In this document: piece by piece, positions 37,368 to 51,404 of the stretch | Layout: each line of letters opens with the position of its first letter | How positions within the stretch are numbered: position 1 is the first letter of the stretch | From: Cirrosporium novae-zelandiae | Taxonomy: Eukaryota | NCBI GenBank assembly: GCA_026023565.1 | Contig: JAPETS010000002.1 | Span: 1,302,001-1,366,000, forward strand | Reading direction: 5' to 3' | Length of the DNA: 64,000 nt | Translations under genes and position numbers: made by a program | The notes under the pieces: model-generated | What the model saw: only the letters and a program-made list of their open reading frames with translations | Told to the model about the DNA's origin: nothing | Databases searched by the model: none

Positions 37368-39431
37368 TCATTTCTTAAACATAAAATGCCCATAAACCCC
37401 CCCAACCTCCCCACGAGCCACATTCACCTTCCTCATGCCCCACCATCGGGCTCCCATTTTCCACTCCCTGCACGCATCATCGTCATCATTGTTATTATTA
37501 CCAACTCTCTTCATCCCAACCTTCCCATCCTGGCTGTCTTTAACACGAACATACCACCCCCGCCTCCCCAATTCCCTGACCGTCCATCCAACAAGCTTGT
37601 TGGTGCCGGTGCTTTGTTTTAGTTCTCGGATTAACGACTCCGAGAGCTCGATTACTTCGAGGGGGAAGACATTGTGCATGAAGAGGAGGGTTGAGAAGAG
37701 TGTTGTGCGTGTTAGCGTGGGGAGAAAGGTTAGGTCGAGGTAGTGTAGGGTGCTTGGTTCGGTGGTAGTGGTGGTGGGAATGGTTGTGGAGGGGTCTGTG
37801 TCATCATCGTCGTCGTCGAGTGAAGAGACTAGGGGGAAGAATGCGCAAATGTCGTTTATGCTGAGTGCAGTGTATCCGAGGCCGAGTTCCTCGAGGTGTT
37901 TTGTCAATGGGACGAGTGCAGGTAAATGCTCGCTTGTGACGTAAGCGCCCGTGAGGTTTAGGGACCGGAGTGTGCGTGGAAGATGTGGGAGGAGTACAGC
38001 CACGTCCGCGGAATGCAGGAGCCGGTAGCGCGAGATGTCGCACAGGAGGTTCAGATACACGAGCGAGTCTTTGACCGCGGGATGCTGGGTGAGAAATTGG
38101 GTGACCCCGCTGCCGTCGAGCCACATGCATCTGGCAAGGTTTAGATGGGTGAGACGCGCAGTTGCGGGAATTGAGAAAAGGGCTTTTTCTGAGATTTGCG
38201 TGTGCGCCACATCCAGGTGCGTGAGGTTGGGGAGGCGCGGGAGGAGGATTTCAAAGTCCGACGCCGGCAGGATGGTGCAGTCGTGCAGGCTAATTCTTTG
38301 GATCCCGAGAGTTAGGGGGAGACTGGGGTTTTCTAGCATAGTAGTGAAGGCGGTTTCGAAGGGGGGTGAGGAGCAGGAGCAAAGATCCACCGCGCGAAGC
38401 ATGGGGAGACCGTTGAAGAGGATCTGGAGGACATCTGCGTTCAGGTCGTCTTCTAGTTGCTCCTGGGCGAGAAACTCGCGCAGGTTTGGAGCTAGCTCTA
38501 GGAATTGGACGAGTGTTTTGGAGGTCAAGTTCTGAATTTCAGAGTTCATGTGTTTGGTGCGTCCTAAGCCCACAGAAGTAAAGTGGCAGAAATCCAGCCG
38601 CTTGACAAACGTGCCAAGAGTTGGGTAGTTTTTGATGTGTGATAGAGCCTTTGAAAAGATGTATGAATGCGGAATTGTCATGTGCGAGTATAGCACTGGT
38701 AGCACGGCGGAATGGAGATCGCGGCATGTCAAAAGACAGGCAACCAAGTCTACATTTCTGTAGCTATTGCCTTCGGCGGGAATGTCAGTGGAAAGGTACG
38801 ATGCGATTTGTTCGAGGACCTCCTGCGGAAGTTCATAGAATTTTGAGCGCTTGGGTGTTGGGATTACAGGGCTGAGTTCTTGTGGTGGAGTCATCTGATT
38901 GAGGTCCATGTTCGGTTTGACAGCGTAGTTTCCAAAGATCCTTAGATCATCTGTACTCTTACTCAACCTCTTCCCCCGGAGAAGAACATGTTTCCACTTG
39001 GACATCCGTCCACAGGTGCAAAGGACATTTGATTCATCATCGCATTGAGGTGCTCCCATCTCGTTTGAGTCCGTCTGAACACCGATCGACGTCGTACCAA
39101 GCTTAGAGGATTGTCGTCTCTCTCGAAAAGTCTGTGCCAGACTCCCTTTTTCTTCTTTGATAGAGGAAAATGATTCACGAGATTCGCGACGTTCGGCGGA
39201 AAAAGCTTTGGAAAGGACAGACCTGGAAAGAGTTGCGTCGAAACTGTGTTGAGGCAACATGTAAGAAAAGGGAGACGAGGATAATGTTGAACTAGGATCA
39301 ATGACAGGATTTTTCATGTTGTACTCAGACTCCTCGGAGATGTCTGATGTGGAGGGGCCATCTTTATTGGGATGGATTTCAGAGCAGGTGACAGACGGTG
39401 AGACGGTGTCCAGCAGATGCGGTGGTTCCAT
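37368..39431 (-). CDS. F-box-like / leucine-rich repeat (RNI-like) protein, 687 aa; resembles the yeast YLR352W-type family
   Basis: F-box-like 'FYELPQEVLEQIASYL...DLVACLLTCRDLH', followed by LRR units 'LPNLTHLDVAHTQI', 'LTHLNLARC', 'LRSLNLTGAYV', 'LEELGLGYT'. Confidence 0.8.
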   Translation of the reverse strand: MEPPHLLDTVSPSVTCSEIHPNKDGPSTSDISEESEYNMKNPVIDPSSTLSSSPFSYMLPQHSFDATLSRSVLSKAFSAERRESRESFSSIKEEKGSLAQTFRERRQSSKLGTTSIGVQTDSNEMGAPQCDDESNVLCTCGRMSKWKHVLLRGKRLSKSTDDLRIFGNYAVKPNMDLNQMTPPQELSPVIPTPKRSKFYELPQEVLEQIASYLSTDIPAEGNSYRNVDLVACLLTCRDLHSAVLPVLYSHMTIPHSYIFSKALSHIKNYPTLGTFVKRLDFCHFTSVGLGRTKHMNSEIQNLTSKTLVQFLELAPNLREFLAQEQLEDDLNADVLQILFNGLPMLRAVDLCSCSSPPFETAFTTMLENPSLPLTLGIQRISLHDCTILPASDFEILLPRLPNLTHLDVAHTQISEKALFSIPATARLTHLNLARCMWLDGSGVTQFLTQHPAVKDSLVYLNLLCDISRYRLLHSADVAVLLPHLPRTLRSLNLTGAYVTSEHLPALVPLTKHLEELGLGYTALSINDICAFFPLVSSLDDDDDDTDPSTTIPTTTTTEPSTLHYLDLTFLPTLTRTTLFSTLLFMHNVFPLEVIELSESLIRELKQSTGTNKLVGWTVRELGRRGWYVRVKDSQDGKVGMKRVGNNNNDDDDACREWKMGARWWGMRKVNVARGEVGGVYGHFMFKK

Positions 39432-40738
39432 GATCTAACAGAATGAAAGTGAATGGATAGCAAATGCGGAGAGATGAGGTGGTGGTATTTCGATTGCTAA
39501 TGTCTGAGAAGGATTAATGAACTGGGGTGTGCTTGGCGGTAAGGAAGACAAGGAGCTGTGAGTAATAGAAACAAAAGGAGAGGCTACCACTCGAAGAGGT
39601 GGGAGAGAATGAGGAGAGGGAGCTTTGAATGTTTTCCAACAATGGAACAATGGACTAAGAAGAATGCATGAAAGTGCCCAAAAACCCAAGTAGCAAAGAG
39701 TTGGGGTCGGGTAGCTTCATTCTTCTATATAAATGACAGCATCTACACCACCATCCGAATATGATGATTTGATGCACCTTTAGTCATAGAAGCAGTCACA
39801 CGGAAGAAAAAAAGAAAGAAAGAGTCATAGCTTCTTTTTTTTCCCATTGACTCCACCTTTCTAGTACCGAATTAATATTTTGCGGAGTGGCTTCAAAGGT
39901 GTCTATGGATCCCAAATATTCAACATTAAATCTGACCAGACATTGCAGAGATTGATGAACTAATGACCTAATGGAATTCTGGGGTAATCCACGTGTTACT
40001 CTGTCCATTCCGAACCGCTGCCTTTTGAGCCCTTGAAGTCGTCTCTTCATTTTGATCCATCGAGCAGACTAATTCAAATTCCAAAAGGTCAAAGATGAAA
40101 AGAATTTATCCAGGTCAATAATACTCAATGTAGAATGTGAACGTGTAGATCCATCCTTGATATCGAACCATTTTGGGTGCAGCAACCGCTCACTGGAATG
40201 TTAATCGGACCATGCAATCCTCTTTCACCGACACCGACACCTTCACCTCCGCCTCCTTCGCCTTCGCTTTCTTCAATATAGGTACCTACCTACACCACTA
40301 CTTACACCACCTACATTTAGACCTTTAGCACAACCAGCTTTATTCAACAAACAAGAATATTTTACTTAGTAGCCCCTCAGGACATTCCCTTCACCGCTTC
40401 CCCAATAAATCAATCAATACCCAAGTTTAATATCATAAACTCATCCATCATACTTCCCATCAAAAGGTCACTCACTAACAACTCACCGAGAGGGGTAAAC
40501 TCCACTTTCTAGAACCTGTTCGTTTGTCAGTGCGTCGTTCGTTGGCCACCATCGACTATCGTGAACAAGTAAATTTAGAGCAATTTCGCTTTCATTGACG
40601 AACTCAATAACTAACACATGATATATAGGTAATGACTTTGCCTAGCCTCTCCATCGTCAAAACACCAAACTCCATAATTAATGCCAGACACTATCCTCTA
40701 TGTCCGTAAGACGCCCAAACTTTTAGCCCATTGATCAC

Positions 40739-41721
40739 CTATACAGAAACTCCACCGGAGAAGTATTTCTGATAGCCGAGGTAGAGTGCATATGAAGTGG
40801 CGGCTAAGGTGGTGCCAATAAGTATACCTCGAAGACCCGATTGCAACATCTGCATCCGGTTCCTTGTCTTGGTCCTTTGGACGAAACCATGGGCATCATT
40901 TGATCGTGGGAAATCGACACCAAATGGAATAGGTTCTCCCAGGAATTTGCACAATGGCTCCCATCCGTCGCTAATGTTGTATTCAAGAAGGTTCTCGGGC
41001 TTGACCATCTTACGAACCTCGGCATAATGTTCTTGGAAGCACTCCTTGCCCTTGTTTGGGAAGTCGCCCTTGAAGAAGGTATCGAACATCTTCTTCAACA
41101 TTGGATAATACATGCCGGCTCCCCAGGAAAAGTGGTGAACAATTCGGAATTCAGGGTCCATCACTCGCCAGTAAACAGTCTTCATGACAGACTTGTGCCA
41201 TGAATCTACATCTCTGGTTGTAATGATAATCTTAGCTTCAGGGTATGCCTCAATTAATTCAGGAGCAAAGGCACAGGCTGGCCAATCACAAACAGCCTGT
41301 AGATATGGATTAGCAACGTGTTCAAGCATCAGAATATAGATCATCATACCTGACAATGACCAAGAAGCTGGTCCCACTGTTCTCGTCCCCATTCACCCTT
41401 TCCATCATACTTGGCAGCGAATGCATCGGACCACATTAAGCAATCTGGGGGATTTTCGACGCTAGCACACATCATGTGGTATGTGTCCTGGTATCCCAGA
41501 CGTTTCAAGGCAGCTCGTAATGCTTAAATAAGGTTAGTACAAATAGAAATATGCTAGAAGGCTGTATACGAACAAACAGTGCCAGTTCTTCCCATTCCCA
41601 GAGCCAACACCTTCATGGGTACTTCTCGTTTACATTGTCGTCGATCAATGCTGGTATCTTCGGTGAAGACATCAGTGATGGGTTTTGGGGTATAAGTGTC
41701 TCTGAAGTTGGTAGACGACAT
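40739..41721 (-). CDS. PAPS-dependent sulfotransferase-like P-loop protein (Sulfotransfer_4 / Cpz8-like family) with C-terminal membrane anchor, 292 aa, 3 exons
   Basis: Exons 41721-41574, 41522-41350, 41296-40739. Motifs 'MKVLALGMGRTGTVSLRAALKRLGYQDTYHM', 'AVCDWP', 'ELIEAYPEAKIIITTRDVDSWHKS', 'HYAEVR...NLLEYNISDGWEPLCKFLG..P..FPRSND'; hydrophobic tail. Confidence 0.85.
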
Positions 41722-43973
41722 GGTGACAGAGATTGAAATGAATGGATGATTTTTCCTATCGATTGTAGAATTTGACTTTTGATCAGAAAATGAAGGTCGA
41801 GCTGTCGATTTAAATAGACAGTATTATTCGAGCGAGTGGAATAACGAGGCAAAGCAGTTGTACAAGCTCTCAGAGATTGCAAACGACCACTTTTCCTACA
41901 GATAGCTGATGAGGAATAATTAAAGGGCGGGCACGGAGGATAGTAGACTTAAAACAATTAAAGGATTTGGAAATGGCAGGAAGCTGTTGGTCTCATATCT
42001 GATATAGGAAGGCGGGACGATCCCAGATAATAAAAGTGGATTAGGAAAAAGGGGGATCGGATATTTGACTTGTGGGGCCTGCATTAGAATCAGCATTGAA
42101 TAGGGAATAGGCGGTATGGGAACGCGCAACGATTAACCAACGCTCTACCACAGTACCAGTGACAGTTAGTGATAGTTACCAGTGACAGCCAGTGAGCAGT
42201 CAATGTCACCGGTGTGCTATCGAGAGTGCGAGTGTGCGACCGAGTTTCCTACCGGCCGATTCGCAGTTGCGTCCCTGTTTTGACTTTGGCTGTGCACAAG
42301 ATTGGCAAGCACCGTTGCTCTCCAAGGCCTTGAAAGTCTTGGCATTCGTCGTCGATCTCTCTAAATTTGTCTATTTTTTTTCATGTTTTACGCGTACATG
42401 GAACCATGAAAGATTACTTGAGTAGTTTTGGTTGCCATGGAGGGGGGCACTGGGGAGTTACTAGGCGCAACTAGGCCATTTAAGTCTACCTAGGGCGTAC
42501 CTCTCGAGAGGGGTAACGCAACGAACTTGAGATGTGTACCTGACCCGACCAAAGGTAAGTAGGTGCATTTGTTATGAACGATAACAAAAGAAATAAACAT
42601 TATTGACAAAAACAACAATCGAGGCGAATCAAGATAACGCCACTCAGAGTTCTTGATTCTTGGTTATTTATGATAGTAGCAGATTGAGAGGCATCTTACA
42701 CCATAGCCACCTGTAAAAATAAATAATAAACAGGATTTTGATATGAGAGGTTGAATGTCGGACAGTCTCCAAGAGCACCGCCCTCCCCCTCTCACCCCCC
42801 TCTCACCCCCCCCCTCTCCCGAACTCTCTTTCTCAAAAATCGAAACTTTCAAATTCTCGTGCTGCAATGCCAAGACCACTTTGACTTTACTTTATTTGTA
42901 GGAAAGGAAAAGATAGTCGCTGGCTTCTTCCGCTTCGGTGGATCCATGGCCTATGCGATAAACAACAAAGGAAAAAAGGAAAGAAAAGAAAAAGAACATC
43001 AGCCTTGTCAATAGACCCAGTAAGGTGGCTGACGCCACAAAAGTAGAAATCTAGAAGCCTGTATTTGAGAAGAATTTTCGTATTCGAAACATGGTAGAAA
43101 ACCTAACTGACTGCTCACAGTTACTTCTACTAATTAGGTATCTCTTGGAGCACAACTCATGTCAGGTGTAGAGTGGATGATAATCTTTCCAAGGCGGTAA
43201 ATTAGGCTGATACCTGTTGCTGATGAGTATTCGGCTTTCCAATCACCTCAACACATTGATTGTACTGTATGAAAAAGACCCTGAAACCAGAAATCGGTGG
43301 AACCTCTTCTCGGGTACCATAAGGAAAGGCTTTGGACTACTGTTTGGAATGCAAGTCTTGGCATTCACGGCATTCTTCCCCAAGGAGCCGACGGCGAGGA
43401 TGAACGAGAACTACTCCGGTTCTTCTCCGTCATTGGAAGCAATATGGAATACATGGAATACTTTGGTGTTCCCCAATGGAACACATTTGTACCAAGTAGT
43501 TAATCAGACCAAAGGTGAAATCCATCAAATCTTGACTTCCGCCTTGGCGTCTGGAGAAATTTGATTTATTCGGTGGAGGATTTGATCCTATAGGAAACGT
43601 CAAAATCTATTCTCGCCTTGGAAACTGAGCGGACTAACAGATCCTAAGGCTCTTGGCATTCAAGGGTTCTGGGCGTTGGTTGATGTTGGTTGTGGATAGT
43701 TGTGGATAGTTGCGGAATAGCTGTGGAACTCGTGTACTTGGTAATCCCCTCCTCCCTTCCTGCAAGGGTACCAAATAAGGCAGAAAAGGGAAAGGGCCAT
43801 TGCTTAATGTTACAAAAAATAAAAAAAAAACCATTGGAGAGAATGGCCAACTATAGCAATCCTGTGAAGAACTCACACTGTCCATCTATCGCCGACCTGT
43901 CCAACTGCCTTTCTATGCTTCCAACGCCTTCACCTTGTTCATTTCTACCTTTGGAGAACTTCATGATAACTTC

Positions 43974-45956
43974 ATGAGGACTCATCAACCGGCCTGGCTC
44001 TTTGGGGTCTTGGCCATTGTCGCTACTACTCTCAACCTTTTTGTCGTCAATGTCTGCGCCGATAACGTCACCAATCCCGTATCCATCTATTACTCGGTAG
44101 GCCTTCAGCTTTCCCACTTAAAAGGCTTGGCTGGTACTGATACTTATTTGCGCTTATTCTTTATAGAGACCAGATCTATTTGCTGCCCCGATCTTGACAG
44201 TCGTTCAGAAGGAGGAAGATGTCAGCCCCGGCTACTATTTCGTGACACCCTATCAAGCCGATAACCCTGGACCATATATATACGATAGTGACGGGGTATG
44301 GATTTAACTTGTCCTTACTGTGACAATTGGCGTGGAGCTTGTTTTGCTAATATCTTGGTCAATCTCTAGAATCTCGTATGGAGCGGATTTGGAAACTCAG
44401 GTCCTGCTGTTGCACATAATCTACAGGTGTGCGAATATGAAGGAACCGATCACCTCTGTTTCTTCCAGGGGAACCAGATGCTGGGCTATGGCAGAGGACA
44501 TGGTGTGATAATGGACAATCAATATCGCATTGTCAAATCCGTTCAACCTGGAGGAGGAATGGCTGGAAGTGATATGCACGAATTTCGCCTCATTGAGGGT
44601 GGCAAACGGGCTCTTTTAACCGTCTATCAACAACGCCCCTATGACCTAACGGCCTACAACATCAAAACCGGAACTGGTTGGATCTTTGATTGTGTATTTC
44701 AAGAAATCAACGTTAGTACCGGTGAGGTCGTATTCGAATGGCATTCCTTGGATCACATTCATCCGAAAGAAAGCTACGTCCTGCCTGCCACTACCGAAAC
44801 ATCTGGCAATGGTCTCATTCCCAACAGCCCATGGGATTACTTTCACATCAATTCTATTGATAAGAACGCAGACGAAGACTACATAATTTCTGCTCGCCAT
44901 GTTTCGGCAGTTTACAAGATCTCGGGGAAAGATGGATCCGTGCTTTGGCGGCTGAATGGGGCTAAAAGCTCCTTCAGGATGGTCAATTTCGAAAACGAGT
45001 ACAGCTTTTCTCATCAGCACGATGCCCGTTTTGTCAAAGAAACCGAAACTACGACCGTCATTTCCCTATTCAATAATGGAAGTAACGGGAAGAACGAAAC
45101 AGTACCAAACTCAACAGGTCAAATTATTGTCCTTGATCATGTGGCAAATACTGCAACTCTAGTCAAATCCTATGGCGCCCCCGACGGGGGGATGTTATCA
45201 GCTAGTCAGGGCAATATGCAGATTCTCGATGATGGCCATGTGGTGATTGGCTGGGGCGTCCATGCATTCCTCTCTGAACATCGCGAGGACGGAACCCCAG
45301 TTTTCTGGGCTTATCTCGCTACATTCGGAGTCATGCATTATCGTGCTTTTAAATTCCAATGGGATGCGAGTCCTGTTGATATACCAGCGATATTCTCTTA
45401 TGCGCAAAACTCGAACGGTAGAACCTTCTTTTACGCTTCCTGGAATGGAGCAACACGAGTCAAAGCCTGGCGCTTCTACACTTCAGCTGCTCATACGGGT
45501 CCCTTCAAGCTCCTCAAAGAGGTCCCTAAGAAGGGCTTTGAAACAGTGTACTCCAATCATGGTTTTCATGGGTGGGCATTTGTTGAAGCTGTGGCTGAGG
45601 ACGGTACAGGTATAGCCAACTCATCCATTGGCATAACATATGTACCGTCCCCTGAGCTGGAACCATACTGCACCAATGCGCATTGTCCACTGGCTCAGGG
45701 CTTTGGCTTCCCCGAAGACAATCCAGACGGGGACAAACAAGAAAATCCCGCTCCGGATGATCAGCAGGAGGAAGCAGAACCAGAAGAACAGGAACAGCAG
45801 ACTCAGGCCGAAGCCTTTGCTGCAGAGGAAGAATTCAGTGCATGGAAATGGGTATGGAAACTAACTTTCCTAATGGCCTTAATTGGAGGCGTTTACTATT
45901 TGGTCAGAAGATATCCTGAAAGGTTCGCATCACCATCACCATTACAATTTCCATGA
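43974..45956 (+). CDS. Arylsulfotransferase (ASST) family protein, signal peptide plus C-terminal TM helix, 612 aa, 3 exons
   Basis: Exons 43974-44096, 44167-44295, 44370-45956. 'SRPDL', 'GPYIYDSDGNLVWSG'; catalytic-type motifs 'DMHEF', 'WDYFHINSIDK', 'IISARH', 'FSHQHDARF', 'SQGNMQIL', 'YASWNGAT'. Confidence 0.9.
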
Positions 45957-48329
45957 TTTCGCGTATGCATGTCGCACAGATTGCTTATATTTTTTATGGA
46001 ATTAAAAGGAGCCGGGTTTTACGGTGGTATGTACATCGTATGCAACTCCCGCGGTGGAGATCATGAATCAAGTCCATTTTTTTGGAGTGAACTTGGGGTT
46101 AGGAGTTACCGGAAACACGGGACGATGTACGAGGGGAATACCCATAGAGGAGAGATACAGAGACGGCCTATTTATTGACCATGGTCGCTCAAATAGACAT
46201 TTCCTTTTGAAGTCGGGTCTGGCCTACCTTCAATAATGACTTGATAGTGGCAGAGGTTTGAAACGGAAGGTCATCGGAGGCCTGGTCAGCCAGGTGCAAG
46301 GGTGGTGGTTAGTTAGAAATGAAGCATAATGGACCGCAGCATCAGAGGCGTGACAGACGAGTACGGGCAAGCGAGTACGGACAGGACAAACTCGAAGAAG
46401 ATGATGGGAAGGCTTGAATGTGTTACAGTTTTAAACTAAATTGTAGATCCAGCCGTCAAACGGTCTCGGGTGGATGAGCTGGCGACAGAATGCGACCTGT
46501 GCCCGGTCAGGGATTTAACTGATGGATTTTGTTGTGGTGCTAATGGAATTGTTTGGGCATTACCAGATTGCGATACGGGTACGGGTACGGGTTCAGATAC
46601 GGGGGATACAGTATAGCGGACTGTAAATGTGAAGAGATTGTTGTGTATTATTACTCTGTGTAACTCATGGTTGAATAAAAGGAGGCTTTCTAGAAAAAAG
46701 ATGGTCGATTCAATTGTCGGACGGGAAATTAGGTGAAGCAGAAAAGGTGAGAAAAACCAAAAATACCATCCATCTCCTTTTTTTAAAGGAAAAAAAAGAA
46801 TAAGCAGCAGATAATCATGTTCTGATGCAGCTTGGTTTCTCCATGTAATCGTCGTCAGTAGGATTCGTAGGAGCTAGATTAGGGAGTCTTGGCAGAAGGC
46901 CGAAGAAGGCCCTTGGGTCTTGGCATTTTCACGGGATTGGCTCAATGGAGGAATTAGAGGCACACGAGACTGATCCCCGACTGTCCGAGGGGCCGTAATT
47001 GTTTTGGGTGGGGAGGGCGTCGCAATCAAAAGGAGAGAAAGAAGGCATTCGTCGGCATTTCGGCATTTTTCAATTACAGGATAACATTAATTAATTACAT
47101 ATTACATTCATTTTCTTTTGACTGTCGTCGTTTTGTGATGTAGTTCCTGGTATTCGAAGGTTTTTTTTTTTTTTTTTTTCTCTAACAAGCTCCTTGATGT
47201 TGTCGGTCAGTGGCGTTGTTTAAACTTTTATAAGTGAAAGGAAAAAAATCACAAGGCTTACAAGGCTTTTTCACCCATCTGTTGTATGCTTTTTATCTTT
47301 TCAATCTATTTAGACCAATTGAGTTCAGCATAGTTTCCGAAATAGGATATGATAGCGAAAATAGAGAAGGATAGATAGGTTGGTGAGGTTGGTGGTGGTG
47401 GCTTGAGAGGAGGAAGTCTGAGGTCTGCGGTCAATGTTGCATAACTACTAACTTATAACCTTCATAGTTTGATGTAAGCGAGAGACCAGAGACGACTTAA
47501 CCACTTAACTTAACAGGAGCAGTCACAAAAAATCCCACCCCCAAGTACGTACTTGGAGTCGGAAAAGGTAACTAACTGAACTGCTGGTAATTAATCAAAA
47601 TCGATGGAGCTGCTTCCTCCTCTATCTTTGCCAAGAGTTTGGCAACGTCAGACAAAATTGGGGAGATGCTCCCACGGCTCCCTAGAACATGGCTAGGACC
47701 ATGCCTTAGTCCTCCACTGCCCGTATTGTCCGTTTACCGTCGAATACGTCTCCCACCTTGAGCCTCGTTGATGAGTACTACTGTTGAGTGTTTATTCTAT
47801 TCCCCCCAGTTTGTTGCTATTCTCCTCGACATTTCCAATTTGATAAGGCCGGCTCTTGTCCATATCAAGCCTACCTACCATAGTACCTCTCTCCAGTGAA
47901 CCAAGCCTTTCCAAGACTTATAGAATACTTCTTCGGCATATTGATATCCGGTTGTTGTCTCCCTTTGCTTGGAAAAAAAAACACGGTGCTACCCCATTCA
48001 TTACACCAGACCAAGTGAAAATCCTACACAAGTACATACCCTTACTCTATCCATTCTTACTCCTAATACCAATTATTAATCCCTGTGACCTGACAGAAAC
48101 CTCCCACCTTGATCAATTCGGTCCATTCGGCTCCATCTGTACATCCTATCGCTGCGCACATTTCCCTTTACCATCTTCCGTCGCCGTACTACTTTCATGA
48201 GCATCCACCCTTCCGTCTGACTTTATCCGGCTTCATCTACTTTACGTCCACTCCTCCACCCAGGTCGCTCCGAATTATTCCACTATCATTCTTCCAATCG
48301 AATCCTTTCAGTCGTGGCCATAACTGGCC

Positions 48330-50411
48330 ATGAACCCCTCGGCGAATGAAGGCGGAACAAGCTCAGCCCCTCATCGAACACACGCACGCACCACATCAAT
48401 TGATATGAAAAACATCTTGAACGGTGAAAAGCCAAACGCCAGAAAAAGAGAATCAGTATCATCAATGAGAGCCTATCTGGATGATATATCATCTGATGGC
48501 GACCAGGAACGAAAGCAGGAAAGAGATCAGGATAGAGATAGAGAGGTGGCAGCCGCGTCGATTTCAATGCCGATCCCAAATATTCAAAAACCAGCTCCGG
48601 TAACATGGATGTCACTACCAAAAAAAGGACAGCTGATCTTACTGGGGCTGTCTCGCGTTTTCGATTTTTTGCAAGTTGCCTCGTTACAGGCGTTTATGTT
48701 CTACCAGCTCAAGTCTTTTGACCCGGGATTATCAGACTCGATGGTCTCTTCACAGGCGGGCCTTTTACAAGGAGCTTTTACAGCAGCGCAATTTGCGACT
48801 GCGATCCCATGGGGAAGAGTTGCAGATGCTAGTTGGGGAGGAAGAAAAAGGGTGCTGCTCATTGGGTTGGTTGGAACTTCTATATCGTGTATTGGACTTG
48901 GATTTTCGACCACCTTTGCTCAAGCGATATTCTGGCGGGTATTGGGAGGAGCAATTAATGGGACCGTTGGTATCATCAGAACGATGATTGCTGAAAATGT
49001 CAAAGAGAAGAAATTTCAATCTCGTGCCTTTTTGATATTGCCACTAAGCTTCAACATCGCCAATTTCTTCGGTCCAGGTATGATCTTGAACAATATACCA
49101 TACCTGATAAATACTGACGTTTAATCAAATATAGTGATGGGTGGATTGTTGGCAGATCCTGTTCAAACTTATCCCAAAATCTTTGGTGCCGGCGGAAGTT
49201 ATGGGGGGCAATCCGGTGTTCAGTGGATGATGGCCTTTCCATATGCGCTTCCAAGTCTCTTGAATACCCTTTTCTTGGGGTGTACCGCAGTTTGTGTTTT
49301 CCTTGGATTGGAAGAGGTATGTCAAGCTTTGCACTATTGGTCTGCACTGCTAACTAGTCATAGACTTTGGAAATCCGCAAGCACAAATTTGATGCCGGAC
49401 TTTACGTGAAATCTCGACTCAAGCGTTTCGTAATGAGTGTATGGATGTTTGTTACGCGGAAATCCTCCAGCTATAGGAAGCTTTCTCTCCAAGATGAAGA
49501 TGATTATAGCTACCCACCTAGCAATGCCTCAAACAGCGTTGAGAGCTTAGAGCTGCTCGAAAAGGAAAAGAAACCGCCGAAGCGTCATCACCACAGTGGC
49601 AAATTGTCATTCCGGCGCATCTGGATACCCAATGTTATTTTTACCCTGATCGCCGAGGCATTTTTTGATTTCCACATGGGGTAAGTCGAAATAGACGTTT
49701 GAGAAATGGCATCATTGAACTAACGCCTATGCTAGTGCCTTTCAAAACCTATGGCTTCTCTTTCTCTCTACTCCACGATATGACTCCACAAATCCCACCT
49801 TTGCTAATCTTACACGTCATCTTCCTTTCCTCTTCACAGGCGGTCTTGGCATGCCTCCCAAAAGCGTTGGTCTTGCGACTGCAGTTTTGGGGTTGATTGG
49901 CATGACCCTACAACTATCAGTCTACCCTGTCATTCAAGGACGACTTGGAACCGTAAAGAGTTATCAATGGTCCCTCATGATTTTCCCCTTTGCCTACTTT
50001 ATCGCGCCATATCTCGCCCTTGTGCATTCTAGTTCGCCTCCTCCCGCAGAAGCTACAGGCTTCTGGATCTGGTTCTTTATTGTGGTCGTTCTATTCCTAC
50101 ACGTGGCTGCTCGAACCTTTGCTTTACCCGCTTCCATCATTCTACTCAACAACTGCTCACCTCATCCTTCGGTCCTTGGTACCATACATGGCATCGGTCA
50201 ATCGGTTACTTCGCTTTTCCGTACATTAGGTCCTATCATCGGGGGTATCTGGTACGGGCAGGGGCTGGAAAATGGTGTCGTCGGCACTGCCTGGTGGGCT
50301 TGCAGTGCCGTTGCAACCGTTGGTTGCGGTACAGCCATGCTGGTTTATGAAGGCTCTGGCCATGAAATAATATTAGACGGGGAAGAGGAAGAGGAAGAGG
50401 AAGATATGTGA
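48330..50411 (+). CDS. MFS transporter (MFS_1; YCR023C/ZIFL-like), 640 aa, 4 exons
   Basis: Exons 48330-49077, 49135-49316, 49364-49680, 49736-50411. Motifs 'IPWGRVADASWGGRKRVLLIGL', 'GAINGTVGIIRTMIAE', 'QSRAFLILP', 'ILLNNCSPHPSVLGTIHGIGQSVTSLFRTLGP'. Confidence 0.92.
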
Positions 50412-51404
50412 TGAACGACAAAAAAAGTTTTAATGAGTGGTTTGAGCAAATTTTTGTTGGTTATTCGTCCGTTGTTGGAAGCGTATCTCTGGATTGTTGC
50501 ATATATACCAGGGGGACCGGTGCATTGCTTTGGCGTTTTATGGACTAGATGAGTGCATATGGGCATTTGTTGGGCGTGTAAGATGTGCCTCATTCAGGAG
50601 TTTGGGGTTTATGTATATCATTTCCCCCTAGGTTTCTGTATTTATCGGAAACCATGAATACTTTGTCTTCATTCAGGCGCCCATCTATTGTTTTTTTCTT
50701 GTGTTGAAACAGCCGATCTGAAACCAATGTGGGAAACCCTGGTGGTTGAGCTCGTGTGTGTACAACACGTTCTTTATCTATTTTACTATCTTTTAGTATC
50801 GATTCTTGATGTGAATATTTTCCTTGATGATTTTGGATCTCTAAAAGAGAGGAAAGACGGATACGGAGCTTAAAGGGAGCTTGAAGGTAGGGGATATTTG
50901 ATTAGGGGTTCACGTTAAGTGACTATTATAGGTCTCTAATTGGTATAATCAATCAATCACTTGTCTCTACCGAAGCAATCATTTTTAGTAAAATCAAGTT
51001 TTGTCAAGAAAGGGTTACAGGAAAGGTTTCACAAAATAGGATTTGCGGTTTTGGTTTCGGTCTGATAAGGCCTCGGCTCCTATGAAATGGCAAGGGATTT
51101 GGCTGATTCTTATCAACAGCTCCCCGCCTCGCTCGCCTCCGCGTCTTTGAACCTTTTGAAAGGAACAAATACACGTAATACTGTTAACAATTGCTATTGG
51201 AATCACCACAAATCCGGTCTTGCCGCTATCGTGAATCAACAAGGAACTTAATTGTTATATATTTTCTTCTACATTTTGCTAATCAATGTAGGATCTTCAC
51301 AACACAATCTGCAGCCACAAGCATCGCATCTCTACTCATTCCTAGTAGTTGTCTAAATTGACATCAGAGCAACAACAAAGAACTTTCTAGTCAACTAATA
51401 TACC

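Noticed and set aside
43217..43564. 115-codon ORF and intron-like signals (GTAAGG at 43020 to CTAAC/CTGAC..CAG at 43120) upstream of the ASST gene
   Set aside because: No recognisable protein features. It may be a spliced 5' leader, but this cannot be supported without transcripts.
47270..47300. CTGTTGTATGC followed by a T-run resembles an ascomycete 5S rRNA 3' end
   Set aside because: The upstream ~100 nt show no resemblance to 5S rRNA.
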